Shown here: positions 52,019-63,973 of the stretch, piece after piece
How the letters are laid out: every line of letters starts with the position of its first letter
Numbering within the stretch: position 1 is the first letter of the stretch
Origin: Octopus sinensis
Lineage: Eukaryota
Direction: 5' to 3'
DNA: 64,000 bases
Assembly (NCBI RefSeq): GCF_006345805.1
Contig: NC_043012.1
Location: 50,964,001-51,028,000, forward strand
Notes under the pieces: model-generated
What the model saw: only the letters and a program-made list of their open reading frames with translations
What the model was told of the DNA's origin: nothing
The model's database searches: none
Program-made: the position numbers and the translations under genes

Positions 52019-54223
52019 AACAGTTGCTTCTGCGCATGTGCGAGTCAGTGTTGTGTTTGGCACTGAAGCGGTGAAGACGTGCTTTTGAAGCCGTCTTGAA
52101 TTGAGAACTTTGGAAGCCCCATGTAAGGTAAGATTCTGTTTTCTGGGTCCAGTGGGAGTTTTTGTTGAGAATTGTTTTTTACAGGCAGGAAGTCCTACTG
52201 GATTCAGAATTCTGATTCTGCCGACATGTGGCAAATATATTTTTCTCGCTGAGAAAATTTTTGGGGGGCGTATCCGTCTTCGATAAATTGAGTGAATATT
52301 TTTCTCACGTAATTGTGAGAATTGTATTGTGCTGTGAAGAACTTTTATGAATTGTGAAAACTACTATATAGGGGAGTATTTTGCCTCCGAAGTTTGAACA
52401 ATTTTTACCAATTTTACACCAATTTTTGTGGAAGTTGTGCGTTCCTGGTTCAATTTAGGCCGGGAGTACCAAATGGCCAGAAGGTTTTTGCTGTGTTATT
52501 GACTTTCTATTTAACTTTATTTGACTTTCCTTTTAACTTTATTTGACTCTCTCCTTTTTTCACTGTGAATTTCTTCGGATTTCCTTTTCTTCCCGTTTTT
52601 TAGTTTTATTCTGAATACATTTAAAAAAAACAAAAAAAAAACAAACAAAAAAAAACATGGCAATGAAAAATAACAAACTTTTGGAATGGGAGATCATACC
52701 GCCTAAAAAGTGGTTAAAAGACAGTGAAGATAGGACGGTGGTGTTGAGAACCTACTCCAAGGCACTCGACACCATCGCCCTATTCGAAAAGACGGCAATT
52801 GAAAAGGAGTTGGAAGAGTATCTGCCAACAATTAAATTCATTTCCAAGGGTGTCAAATATGCAACGGTGTGGTTGCTATTTGACACCCCTGAAGAGGCTT
52901 GCAAATTTGCTAGCAAACCCCTGGAGGGTAAGGAAATCTTATTCCTGCCCACGTACAAAAAAAAAGAAATTAATGAAAGCTTGGATTTGCGGGCTGCCAC
53001 CCGACATAGAACCCGAGTGGATAGAGGAGACTATCTGCCGGGGTCTGGGTGGCAGCGAAACTAAGCTCCTTAATGTAAAAGTTCTTCCTGCGGCTGCTTG
53101 GGTTGGGTCAAAAGCAATTTTGACCCTGTGGACCCAATCAGCCAACCTTGTTCTTCCAGATTTTTTTAAAATGGCCGGGTGCAGGTACATGGTGATGCTT
53201 GAGGGTCGCCCCCCTAAGTGTCATCGGTGCTTGGAGTCCGGCCACATAAAGAAGAACTGTCCCCGGGAACAAAATAGGATCCCGGAACAGTTAAGTAAAA
53301 CCCCTCTAGAAGAGGGAATGATAACGGCCGAGAAAGCAGAGGACTCCTCAAACAGAGGCCGAAAGAGGAAGGTGAGCAACAATGGGTGCTCACCAAAGGA
53401 TAATAGGGATGAGGAGAGGAAGGCGAATCTTCCAGCCACGGAGGAGACGCACCCTCCCTCAGTTGAAAAGGGAAAAAAAAAAAAAAGAGGAAGAAAAACG
53501 GGACATTACCGGCTGTCAGTATAGCACCGGAATGTCCCGGAACTACGTCAGTTGGGGTTGTGCCACCGACAAGAGAAGGAATACCGTTGGCGGGAACTGT
53601 GCCGCCAACGAAAGAACTGAACGTATTGGTCCACTTCTATAGAGGAGGAGAAATTGAAAAAGTGATGGAAGAGCACTACAAGGGAGCACCTTTAGCCTTC
53701 ACACAGGACCCCGAATGGCCTCCGCAGGTAGCTGTGGAGGCCGTGGCGATCGACGTGACGCTTGGGCTAAAGGAGCTCAATGAAGATTATAACTTGGTCC
53801 CGGGCGACCCCAACTCGGAACTTGATTACGTTCTGAGGGAGGCGTGGTTGATGATGGAGGGCGCGGGCATAAGCTATTTCGAGGACGATATGTAATTATT
53901 GAACTGTTATTATAAGTAATGGTCTGCTAAGTCCAAAAATTGAAAAATTGTAAGAGGATTAATACCTCGTTTTGTGTTTATTTTTATTAATAATGGACTG
54001 CTAAGTCCAAAAATTGGAAAAATTGTAAGAGGTTTAATACCTCGTTTTGTGTTTATCTTTAAAAAGAACAATGTTTTAGAGAAGCGAAAGTCGGCGGGCG
54101 CTTTTTGTCTTCTCCCATCCTTATCATCTTTCTTTCATTATCATTCACTTCATTAATGTCCTCGTCCAGCCCGCAAAGCTAACTTAATCTGTGTACTGCC
54201 TTTATGGCAAATGTTTTGAAATA
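52019..54223 (+). mobile_element. ORF1-only Tx1/L1-like non-autonomous retroelement (2205 bp) with a 12-bp TSD
   Basis: The TSD is AAGTAGCTTGCT (52007-52018) / AAGTAGCTTACT (54224-54235). The element has a 638-bp 5' UTR, ORF1 with a CCHC knuckle, and a 328-bp 3' UTR with a 74-bp-period duplication, ending at AATAAA. There is no RT or endonuclease coding. Confidence 0.82.
52657..53895 (+). CDS. Gag-like ORF1 protein (about 412 aa once two homopolymer frameshifts are corrected)
   Basis: Three open frames join at A9 (52957-52965) and A14 (53473-53486): MAMKNN...FLPTY-KKKKLMKAWICGLPPDIEPEW...EGRPPKCHRCLESGHIKKNCP (CX2CX4HX4C)...KRKKNGTLPAV...SYFEDDM*. Start and stop are in the same frame. Confidence 0.65.
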
Positions 54224-54601
54224 AAGTAGCTTACTTACCAACCACATGGTTCTGGGTTCAGTCATACTGTGTGGCACCTTGGGCAAGTGTCTTCTACTAT
54301 AGCCTCGGGCCGACCAAATGCTTGTGAGTTGATTTGGTAGACGGTAACTGAAAGAAGCCCGTCGTATATATGTATGTATATATGTGTGTGTGTTTGTGCG
54401 TCACTGTGTGTCCCACACCCCAAAAATCGCTTCACAACCGATGCTGGTGTGTTTACGTCCCCGTAACTTAGCGGTTCGGCAAAAGAGAGCGATAGAATAA
54501 GTACTACGCTTACAAAGAATAAGTCCTGGGGTCGATTTGCTCCGCTAAAGGCGGTGCTCCAGCATGGCCGCAGTCAAATGACTGAAACAAGTAAAAGAGT
54601 A
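54224..54601 (+). mobile_element. SINE beta body and tail (continuation of 51982-52018)
   Basis: ttaccaaccacatggttctgggttcagtc (B-box-like)...ccttgggcaagtgtcttctactatagcctc (CORE-like)...microsatellite...gcagtcaaatgactgaaacaagtaaaagag. Confidence 0.88.
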
Positions 54602-55065
54602 TGTAACGTCTGCTGCTCCAGATTTGTAGATTTGTATCCAAGTTTCGCTCGAAATGATAGTTAGAGTGCCCAAGTTTCTTTTGGGCGTACAGTGAAACCA
54701 CTCTATCGAATATTTCTCTACTGACAGCAGAGAGTTGTGATATTATTCTTATTTAACTCTCGAAACTACAATATATGAGTATCAAGTTGAAGAATCAGTT
54801 TCTCATTGGGTTTGTTTCAGGCTTTATATGACTTATTCTCTAATGATTAGTCACACAATTAGATCGCAATCCTTAGATTAGTACCTAAATTTAATATAAA
54901 ATTTATTAAATATTTTCGATCACCACTAACTTAAATTCCTCTGGATTTTTTAAAACACGAAGCGCATATAGGGATCAGAAATCACATACCTCAGCACTGC
55001 CGAACAAAGTCAAACTCTCGATAACTACTCAGCATATGACACTGTATTCATATACACTGAATATA

Positions 55066-56254
55066 CAGTGGTTGGAAAAAATAATGAAAACACCTAGCAT
55101 CATAGCATCATAGCATCAGAATTTTAAAATATCTATAAAACCGTCAAAATCTTGTTTATTTTCATGTTTTTTTTACTTGTAATTAGTGCTGCTTAATATG
55201 CTTTGCTAAAATTGCTGTTTCTTTTCATATATCACCAGAAAAAGGTAATTAAAATTCATTAAAATGACAGATCTATCGGACTTTCAACGAGGTCAAATTG
55301 TTGGTCTTCGTACGGCAGGCGCCAGCGTAACGAAAACAGCTGAAATGTTTGGTGTATGAAGAAGTAGTCTCGATAGTAATGGAAGTCTTTGAGAAAGCGA
55401 GAAAAAAACTACCTCGTTGAAACAAAACTCGGGAAGAAAGCCAAAATTTCAGATAGAGACCTCGGACTCTTACATTATCCAAATATTACTGAAGGGCTTA
55501 ATGCCCACATTGAGAACCCAGTTTCCACAAAAGATGTTCGCAGAGAACTGTTCAATGCTGGATTTCACGGGAGGGCTGCAATCAAAAAGCCACTACTTTC
55601 AAAAAGAAACTTTGCAAGGCGTTTGAAGTGGAGTAAAAACCTAAAGAATTGGTCCCTAGAGCAGTGGAAGAATGTTATATTCTCGGATGAGTCATCCTTT
55701 ACCTTATTTTCAGCCCAGTATACCTGTGGAAACAGCCAAAAGAAGCACTTGACGCAGACTGCCTTCTTCCAACTGTTAAACATGGAGGAGGATCTGTGAT
55801 GAGCTAGAAGGTTGGGGGCTATATCTCGGAGATCCGCCGGCATAATGCTTTCCCTCCATGGCAGAATTAACAGTCGAGACTATGTAAGTATTTTATCTCA
55901 CCAAATTCATCCTATTGTTGCGGAACGCAATCATTCAAGATGATAATACACATAGTCACACAGCTAAAGTTGTTACTGAATGGCAAGAGGAATATTCTAG
56001 TGAAGTTCAACATCATATCTGACCACCAGAAAACCAAGTAAGGAGTCGATATGATCCAGCATCATCAGTACAAGAACTGGAGGCTGTTTTAGCTGAAGAA
56101 AGGACAAGAATTCCTTTGGAAACAATTCAAACTTTGTACGAGTCCATACCTTGTAGAATTGAAGCTGTAATTACTGCCAAATGCGGCCCTACCCCATATT
56201 AAAATAAATTTGTTTGAAATGTTAAGGTGTTTCCATTATTTTATCCAACCCCTG
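55066..56254 (+). mobile_element. Full-length, decayed Tc1 transposon (1189 bp)
   Basis: 30-bp TIRs CAGTGGTTGGAAAAAATAATGAAAACACCT / AGGTGTTTCCATTATTTTATCCAACCCCTG (3 mismatches) with TA on both sides. The transposase runs from ATG 55264 (MTDLSDFQRGQIVG) through KKPLLS and IFSDESSF to EAVITAKCGPTPY*, and is interrupted. Confidence 0.95.
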
Positions 56255-56832
56255 TATATGAGGATTGAAATTTCTTAGCATTTATAATGGATCATCAATG
56301 TGTGTCATTTTATCATATTTTATAGTAAAGTCTACTTCTCTCAAAACTAAGACCAAACTGCCGACAAATTGAAATGGACAATATCGGATTTCTTTTTTTA
56401 CTTTTTATTCTGAAAACATTTAAATTTTGTATGGCTATACTGCAAATATGTACGCAAGCAATTCATGTGAATCAAACATTGAGCTTAAGTAGGATATGTT
56501 AAAGCATATATATATTATGTCTCTAATCTCTAACATTGTAGGGCACAGTGTCCTACAATTTTGGCGCATACTTATGCTTCACGTATAAAGATAAAGTACG
56601 CATATCATGAGTGTTTGAGAACGGACAATGTGAATGTAAGCAAAATGGAAGCAAGATATTCATAGCTATGGAATATATATCTATATATTCCATAGCTATG
56701 AATATCTTTATATGTTTAATAGACCTTAAATATTACTTTCGTCGTAAATAAACATACATCTCACCAGTGTATATGTGTGTGCATGTAAGGGTGGATATGT
56801 GTGTATGTGTGTAAGTATACGCATATGTATAT

Positions 56833-56903
<71 letters not shown>

Positions 56904-56919
56904 ATATAAAATAAATAAA

Positions 56920-57167
56920 TAAATGCGCCCTTTTCAAGCCTAGCCAGGCTCATGGGCCCCGTTTCCCGGTTTCTATGGCGTATGTGTTCCCCAACTGGAC
57001 GGGATGCCAGTCCATCGCAGCGTTACGCATTTCTGCCAGCTGAGTGGACTAGAGCAACGTGAAATGAAGTATTTTGCTCAAGAACACAACGCGTCGCCCG
57101 GTCAAGGAATCGAAACCATGATCTTACAATCATGGTGCTGCCAATCTAACCCCTAAGCCACGCGCCT

Positions 57168-57170
<3 letters not shown>
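56920..57170 (-). mobile_element. tRNA-headed CORE-type SINE (family gamma), full length
   Basis: GGAGGCGCGTGGCTTAGGGGTTAG (A box)...GGTTTCGATTCC (B box), then TGTGTTCTTGAGCAAAATACTT..TTGCTCTAGTCCACTCAGCTG (CORE-like), and an ATTT tail. Confidence 0.8.
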
Positions 57171-57252
<82 letters not shown>

Positions 57253-57769
57253 CTATATATATACACACATCTACGTATGTACATGTATGTATTTGTGAGT
57301 GTATATGAATGTATATATATGTGTGTATGTGTGTGTATATGTGTCTATGTGTATCTGTGTATGTATACATATATATCGATATTCGATTGCACCAGTTTAT
57401 CCTTGGGATGTTACTCCATATTCCATATTCTTCTTAGCATAAATCTCTACGCATGTATTTTAAACACTCATTTTAAGCACTCATTAGGAATATATCGGTG
57501 TGTCTGGATATGTATAACTACTAGTACTTCTATATCTAGGTGGATTGAAATACATCTAACATCTACACTACATGTTTATCCCATAAACCCCACCTAAACC
57601 AGGATAAACCCCATTATAACTATAAGTATTCCATATGGTTACAAATTTACGGTCTTTACAACTTAACAATCTGATACGATTATAATTGCAATAGAACTTA
57701 CGGTTATTTACGTTCCCTATGTTATACCGTAACATGATTGCCTTCTGCTTATATCCAGAATTGGTAATA

Positions 57770-58571
57770 GTTAGTTAGTTAGTTAGTTAATTTGGCTCAA
57801 AAGCAAATAGCAAGGCCATGTAGGGGGACATGGAGTTAAGTACAGGGTGGTGTTCATGTAAAGAGTTCAGGCCACTTGAGGTCCAGGGAGGCTTTGAACA
57901 AAGCGGTCGTCGGCATCTTCACCATCTCGTCTGGCAGCTTGTTCCACGGATCCGCAACCCGGACGGAGAAAGCTCCTCTCCTTCGATTGAGATGAAATCG
58001 TCGCAGGTAGAGCTTTTCGGAATGACCCCGCAGCCGACGCTCCGGAGCAGGAGTGAAGAACAGCTCTTTCGAGAGGTTACACTTCCCGCTTATGATGTTG
58101 TGGGCGAGAATGAGATCACCACGGCGGCGGCGTTTTTCAAGAGAACAAAGGTCGAGCGTCCTCAGCCTTTCTTCGTAGGACAAATTTTTGAGACCATGAA
58201 CCATGCGGGTAGCCAGCCTCTGGACTCTTTCGAGGTGCTGTATGTCTTTGAGGAGATAAGGAGAAGAGGCTTGAATCCCATACTCCAATATGGGTCTCAC
58301 CAGCGTGACATAGAGTGGCAGGAATATGGCTGCTGTGAGCATTCCGAATGACCGTCGAATCAAAAACAGAATTCCGCGCGCTTTGTTGGCAGCATGGACG
58401 CACTGGGCCGAAGGCGAGAAGGAGGAATCCACCAAGATACCCAGGTCCTTTACATGATCGGTCCTCTCCAGCAGCAGACGACCCGGCTCGAAATCAAGTT
58501 GAGTTGCAGGAGTAGAGCCGACAGGCAGATGACAGCACTTTGACACGTTCAGACACATGTCCCAATCTCAA
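57770..58571 (-). mobile_element. Young 5'-truncated CR1-clade LINE with an (AACT)n tail and 7-bp TSD
   Basis: The frame is open for 234+ codons: WDMCLNVSKC..VKDLGILVD..LVRPILEY..SPY..DIQHLERVQR.ATR..SYEERL..RGDLI..RGHSEKL..WNKLP. GGTAATA occurs at 57763-57769 and 58572-58578. Confidence 0.93.
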
Positions 58572-58964
58572 GGTAATAATCTCAACCTTACTTTTAGTGC
58601 CTACGAATGGTCTACACACTAGTTTTGCAATACACAGTTACTTCCCTTTAACTATAGTCTACAAGCCTAAATATACTTTAAATCATACATATACACATTA
58701 ACCCTTATACTTCGGACTTTACTCGTAAGCTTGAAATTAGTACTCAGACTTACCCACATTGTAATATCACTTCCTAAACTCTCTTCTAGTATATGCCTTA
58801 CCTACACATCTTAGTACGATAATATACTATCAGACTACTCTCCTATGATGAAACCCTTTAGCGTCTGTTTATTATTATTTACTTTTCAACTAATCGCTTC
58901 TCCTTCCACGACCCTCGTGCAGATAATTTGTTGTTGATTGGGAGAGTATCTCTGATATATATTT

Positions 58965-59150
58965 CTTTACTACCCACAAGGTGCTAAACACAGAGGGGAC
59001 AAACGAGAACAGACAAAGGGACTAAGTCGATTACATCAACCGCAGTGCGTAATTGGTACTTAATTTATCGACCCCGAAAGGATGAAAGGCAAAGTCGACC
59101 TCGACGGAATTTGAATTGGGAACGTATCGACAGACGAAATACGGCTACGC
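58965..59150 (-). mobile_element. SINE alpha, 5' part lost
   Basis: tttctttactacccacaagg...gtcgattacatc...gaccccgaaaggatgaaaggcaaagtcgacctcgacggaatttgaa. Confidence 0.85.
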
Positions 59151-59422
59151 TAAGTGACGGTGACGTAAACACACTAGCATCGGTTGTCAAGCAATACTAG
59201 GGGGACAAACACAGACACACAAACATACACGCACATACATATATAAACATATATACGACTGGCTTCTTTCAGTTTCCGTCTACCAAATCCACTCACAAGG
59301 CTTTAATCGGCCCGAGGCTACAGTAGAAGACACTTGCCCAAGATCCCACGCAGTGGGACTGAACGCGGAACCATGTGGGTGGTAAACAAGCTACTTACCA
59401 CACAACCACTCCTGCGCCTATA
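59150..59422 (-). mobile_element. SINE beta, 5' two-thirds
   Basis: Reverse complement of the head and CORE-like region seen at 51982-52018 plus 54236-54470. Confidence 0.85.
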
Positions 59423-59435
59423 TGTATATTATTTA

Positions 59436-59580
59436 CATTATTTACATTTGACAGATATTTGTCCTAATCTTGTTTGTTGTTAACACAACGTTTCGGCTAG
59501 AGTATATCAACTGAAACGTTGTGTTAACAACAACAAGATCAGGACAAATATCTGTCAAATGTCAGTTATGTAAATAATGT
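59436..59580. repeat. Inverted pair of Penelope-pLTR-like 3' ends, each carrying the 3' half of a minimal hammerhead
   Basis: Arms 59445-59494 and 59513-59562 differ at 2 positions around an 18-nt spacer. Each arm begins GAAA-CG-TT-GTGTT reading outward. Confidence 0.7.
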
Positions 59581-59734
59581 ACATAATTCCCTATCTCTTA
59601 AATTTAGAACTGTAATACCTATATATATGTATGTAAGTATGTATATATGTATGTATGTAAGTATGTAAGTATGTATGTATGTATGTATGTATGTATGTAT
59701 GTATGTATGTATGCATTATGTATATACAGGAGCA

Positions 59735-59990
59735 CTCTATCGGTTACGACGACGAGGGTCCCAGCTGATATGATGAACGAAACAGCTTGCTCGTGAGATT
59801 AATGTGCAACTGGCTGAACACTCCACAGACTCGCGAACCCCTTTATATATATTTCCCATGGAGATTCAGCGTGACATAGAGTGTGACAAGGCTGGCCTCT
59901 TGAAATAGAATTACTTCTCATTTTTGCCAACTGAGTGGACTGGAGCAACGTGATTAAAGTGTCTTGCTCAAGGACACAACGCGCCACCGG
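59735..59990 (-). mobile_element. CORE-type SINE, head truncated
   Basis: The minus strand reads GCGTTGTGTCCTTGAGCAAGACACTTT..GTTGCTCCAGTCCACTCAGTTGGCAAAAATGAG. Its 3' tail differs from that of 56920-57170. Confidence 0.7.
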
Positions 59991-60789
59991 CTATCGGGAG
60001 CTATCGGGAGCCGAATACCTGAACCACAAATCCACATATAACATACGCAAGGGAATAACTCATCGTATTGTGAGGTGTAGAATACATGTTGATTAAAGTA
60101 TATGTATACTATATTTCAATTTATCGTAAAATAATTATTGTTTTAACGTATGCGATATTATATTATATTATATTATATTATATTATATTATATTATATTA
60201 TATGATTTAACCTATGCGATATATGGGCAAAATTAAACAATCACCCTCTTTAATTATAATTCGTCATTTCTTTAATGTATATCCATGGGAAATCCCTGCA
60301 AAATTTCACGCAAAATTGAACACACAAAGGCCGTTAGAATAACGATAGAATGCATCAAGTGAAAACAAGAAGCTTTTGGAGACTGATTGGTGTTTGCTTG
60401 GTAGTTATAAATGGTAATCAGAGATGTGGCACTTTCCTAAATGCAACACAACACTCTTCATTTGGAACTAATACTCCACTAGTACTGTTGCTCATATGAA
60501 AAAACCCTCTGGCTGATGAGGGGAAGAGATAGCAGCGAGGTTAGTGGACGACATTTTTCAAGAGACTAGTAGGTTTCGCTGCTGACCGGGAGTCGATAAA
60601 ACATCATGTTTGTGATTCATGTGATGCTTGAAAGCATCTTTTGAAAACAAGGATAAAAGAGTAGCACCGCTGGTAGAACTCCACGTACATATGGAAATAT
60701 GTAAGATTCTGCAAGTGATATAAACCTTTATCACTGACTGCTTAGCTATAATGCAAATACGAAGAAACAAATTCGCCGTTGCTTAGAAC

Positions 60790-61030
60790 GTAAGATTAGA
60801 ATTAGATGTGATAAAATGATCAACAGCGTTTCGAGTTGTGCCATGGTGTGGAACGAAAGTAGAGGATGAAGCAATATAGATTAAAAGGGTGAAGTGAAAA
60901 TAGCAAAACATTGCTCTCCGCATCAGCATCTGTGTACAACGAGGAGGAGTACAGTGAGGAGATGTGTTGGTTAAAATCAACGAGGATGATGGTTTCAGAA
61001 ACGGGATTTGTAATATATATCACTCAGTCG
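60790..61030 (-). mobile_element. LINE apurinic-type endonuclease relic (CR1/L2-like)
   Basis: ETIILVDFNQH..TDADAE..F..FNL, then after a frameshift STF.P....NAVDHFITSN (degenerate GDFNxH and PT..LDLxLTS motifs). Confidence 0.5.
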
Positions 61031-61153
61031 CTCTTCGACAGTAATACTTTAAATATGTTCTCTCCCTGCGTTGAGAATATTTACATACATACATACATAT
61101 ATACATACATACATACACACACACATACACACATATATATATATATATAAACG

Positions 61154-61184
<31 letters not shown>

Positions 61185-63631
61185 TATATATATAAACGTA
61201 TATATATTCTCAATACAGGAAGAGATATATTTAAAGTATTACTTTTGGAGAGCGACAGACTCAAAGAGGATATATTTAAGACTTTGGGGTAAAAGAGATT
61301 TTGAGACTCAGGGAATTGGAATCGTTTTGGGGTGAAATTCAAGGGAGTGGCAGGAACGTTTAAGTGTACGTATGTGCAGACACCCATGTTTTAAAGAGGA
61401 ATTTAAATAGAGATTGCATTTGGATTGGATCATCTATAGAGTTTGATAAATGTATATCACAGAGGAAAGTTACGCATTTGTCTTGCGTGAAGTTACGAGT
61501 TAATGCGCGAATGTATGTTAGCGAGAAAATGTCAGATATCTAAGAAGGGAAGGAAACGTTTTTCGGGAGATTCGGGGTTATTTTGTACATCATGGGAACA
61601 ACGCATGTCTCTGCAACAGGACTGGATATGTTTCGAAGATAAAGCACCAACCAAAAGACTTTCCGGTTGCTTGCCGAAGAGAAAATTTGGTTAAAAACAT
61701 CCAAGAGCTAAATTACGATGTGAGGTCCGGTGCCATGATTAATCTAACATCCAGAGAGCGAGAGGCCTACACTAAGAAATGCGAAGCCAGAAGATATGTG
61801 AAAAATAGAGATGAATGCTAAGTAAAATAACAGAATAGAAACAGAAAGAAGTTGCAATAGACGGGTCCATAAATATAAGTAGCTATGGCAGTAGTAGTAG
61901 TAGTAGTTACTGCTGTTGTTGTTGCTATGTATCTTTTTGGAGATTGGGGGTCCGTGTGCATGCATGCATAAACACATTTTAGTATATCAGCAAAAGGATA
62001 TATGTGTGATGTTGGGGGTTAACAAATGTTTTAAATGTGGGAAACATGTTGCTGAGTCACAAAAAATATCGAGCTGGATATGTTTTTTGTGGGAGAACAT
62101 TAAATTATCCAGTCGATGCTGGACTATATTCTACGAGAACTCTCATCTCCTACATACTGAAAATGGGATAAAAATCTACCATAAATCTGGTCTTAAAAAG
62201 ACTGAGTATATATAGATAATTGCAATTTGTTGCCCTAGTAGATAAAAATGTGCTCAAAGGCAAAATGTATTGTCAGTCAAATAACAAAACTGAACAAAAC
62301 AAAATTCAGACGGAGGAAAAATTAATCCTAGATATCAGTAATCCGTCCAGAAGCCCCGCTTCTAGTAGTTTTAACACGTTTGCACACACTGCCTAACTTA
62401 ATGTACTCATATGATATTTCACTGAGAAACGGCATTTGTTTCACAGTAATTATAAAACTATGTAAATCGTCAGATTGACTGGAATGCTTACTTCTTTGCT
62501 GCTCAATTAGAAGCAGAGATCATTCCTATTTGCACAATTCCCTCGTACATATATGTATGTACAATCTTGCATACACGCATATCTGTGTGCAGCATGCGTC
62601 CTTTTACATCGCTGTACGAGAGAAATATCAGCGAAAACCTCTCGAAACCGATGTTCGGAAATTGAAGGTCCCTTAATGTTAATTATTCTCTTATTATTCT
62701 TACCGTTAGACATGCAGTGAACCATAGTTTAGTGCGTAGAAAACCTATATACAAAGGTGTTTTCGTTCAGTATTTGTGAAATGGAATACGGAAAGATTTA
62801 AGTAAAAACTACAACCAGTTAAATTATTTTATGTATACACCATTGTGTTGCGTTTATTTTATCATTATTTTATTATCATAATCAAGTTATATTCTTACGT
62901 ATCTTAATTATTGTCGGCAGAGTGTAAGTGATCGGATCATAGATGTACGATATAAATAATTTTATTGATAATACTCTATGTTACGCTTATAAAATAAAAC
63001 TGATTACAAATTAGTCTGTAGATTTAATGACTATAATGACTCAACCATGACCCATTATACAATCTCATGGTGAATTTCAAATCATGATATTGCTGGCTTT
63101 ATAGATTTCACCGTAGATAAAAGGAATATTTTGTGATTATCAATTTTCTCTGGTCTAATACAGATAGGTAATTTTTGAATAGAATGTTGAGTTCTAATGT
63201 TACTACTCTCCTAGTAGACTAGAGCTCTGATCCGTGTGCTAATGAACGTTCTCGCGGCTATCACTAATTAGAGTAATGAATGTCGATTGTGAATTGGGCT
63301 ACTGCCATATATTATACTAATAATATGGATAAAGCGACAGAGGAGCTTCCCCCGTACACGTGATTTGATTGATAGTGCCGCCAACTATTCCTCAGCGCTA
63401 GAACATTTATATTTGAAAGTAGGATACGAGGCTCACTGTATCACCGAGAAACCGATTAAATATATATACAGGGCTATATTTCCTTCGTCGGTTGGCTCTA
63501 TTAGAATTAAGGTTTGAATTTCAAGCAGAAATTTGTTTGAAAATTTGGTTGATTTCAGAAGAGAAACCTAATATTAAATATGTATTTCAGACAATATATT
63601 TTAAACCAAGTATACAAAAAGATACCGGTAG

Positions 63632-63685
<54 letters not shown>

Positions 63686-63775
63686 CATATTTCGTTATCG
63701 TATTTGGTTTGCAAGATTCTTTATGAGAATTTGTGTGGAGCGACTTCTTCATTTAGTGCCTTAATACTTAGCACA

Positions 63776-63973
63776 CTCTCCAGTTCGATTTCCACTCATT
63801 TGCATATTTATTTTTTCTAAAATTTCCGTTTCATCTTGCAACCTCTTCCAATTTCGTTGACTTTGTCTGTTATTGGAACTCTGATAACGGACAGAGGCAA
63901 CGAAGAGGCTGGAAAATGAAACAAAATTTTAGAAAAAATAAATAAGTAAACGAGTGGAAATCGAACCGGAGAC
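63776..63973. repeat. Long imperfect inverted repeat (hairpin)
   Basis: Arms 63776-63873 and 63884-63973 pair with scattered mismatches and one 6-nt bulge around a 10-nt loop. Confidence 0.8.

Noticed and set aside
57380-58960. Mitochondrial insertion (G-poor flanks of the CR1)
   Set aside because: I found no recognisable mitochondrial protein, tRNA or rRNA motif on manual translation.
58301-59883. 17-mer CAGCGTGACATAGAGTG shared by the CR1 RT region and a SINE
   Set aside because: One 17-mer match in 64 kb is not improbable by chance, and it is not at the LINE 3' tail where SINE-LINE homology is expected.
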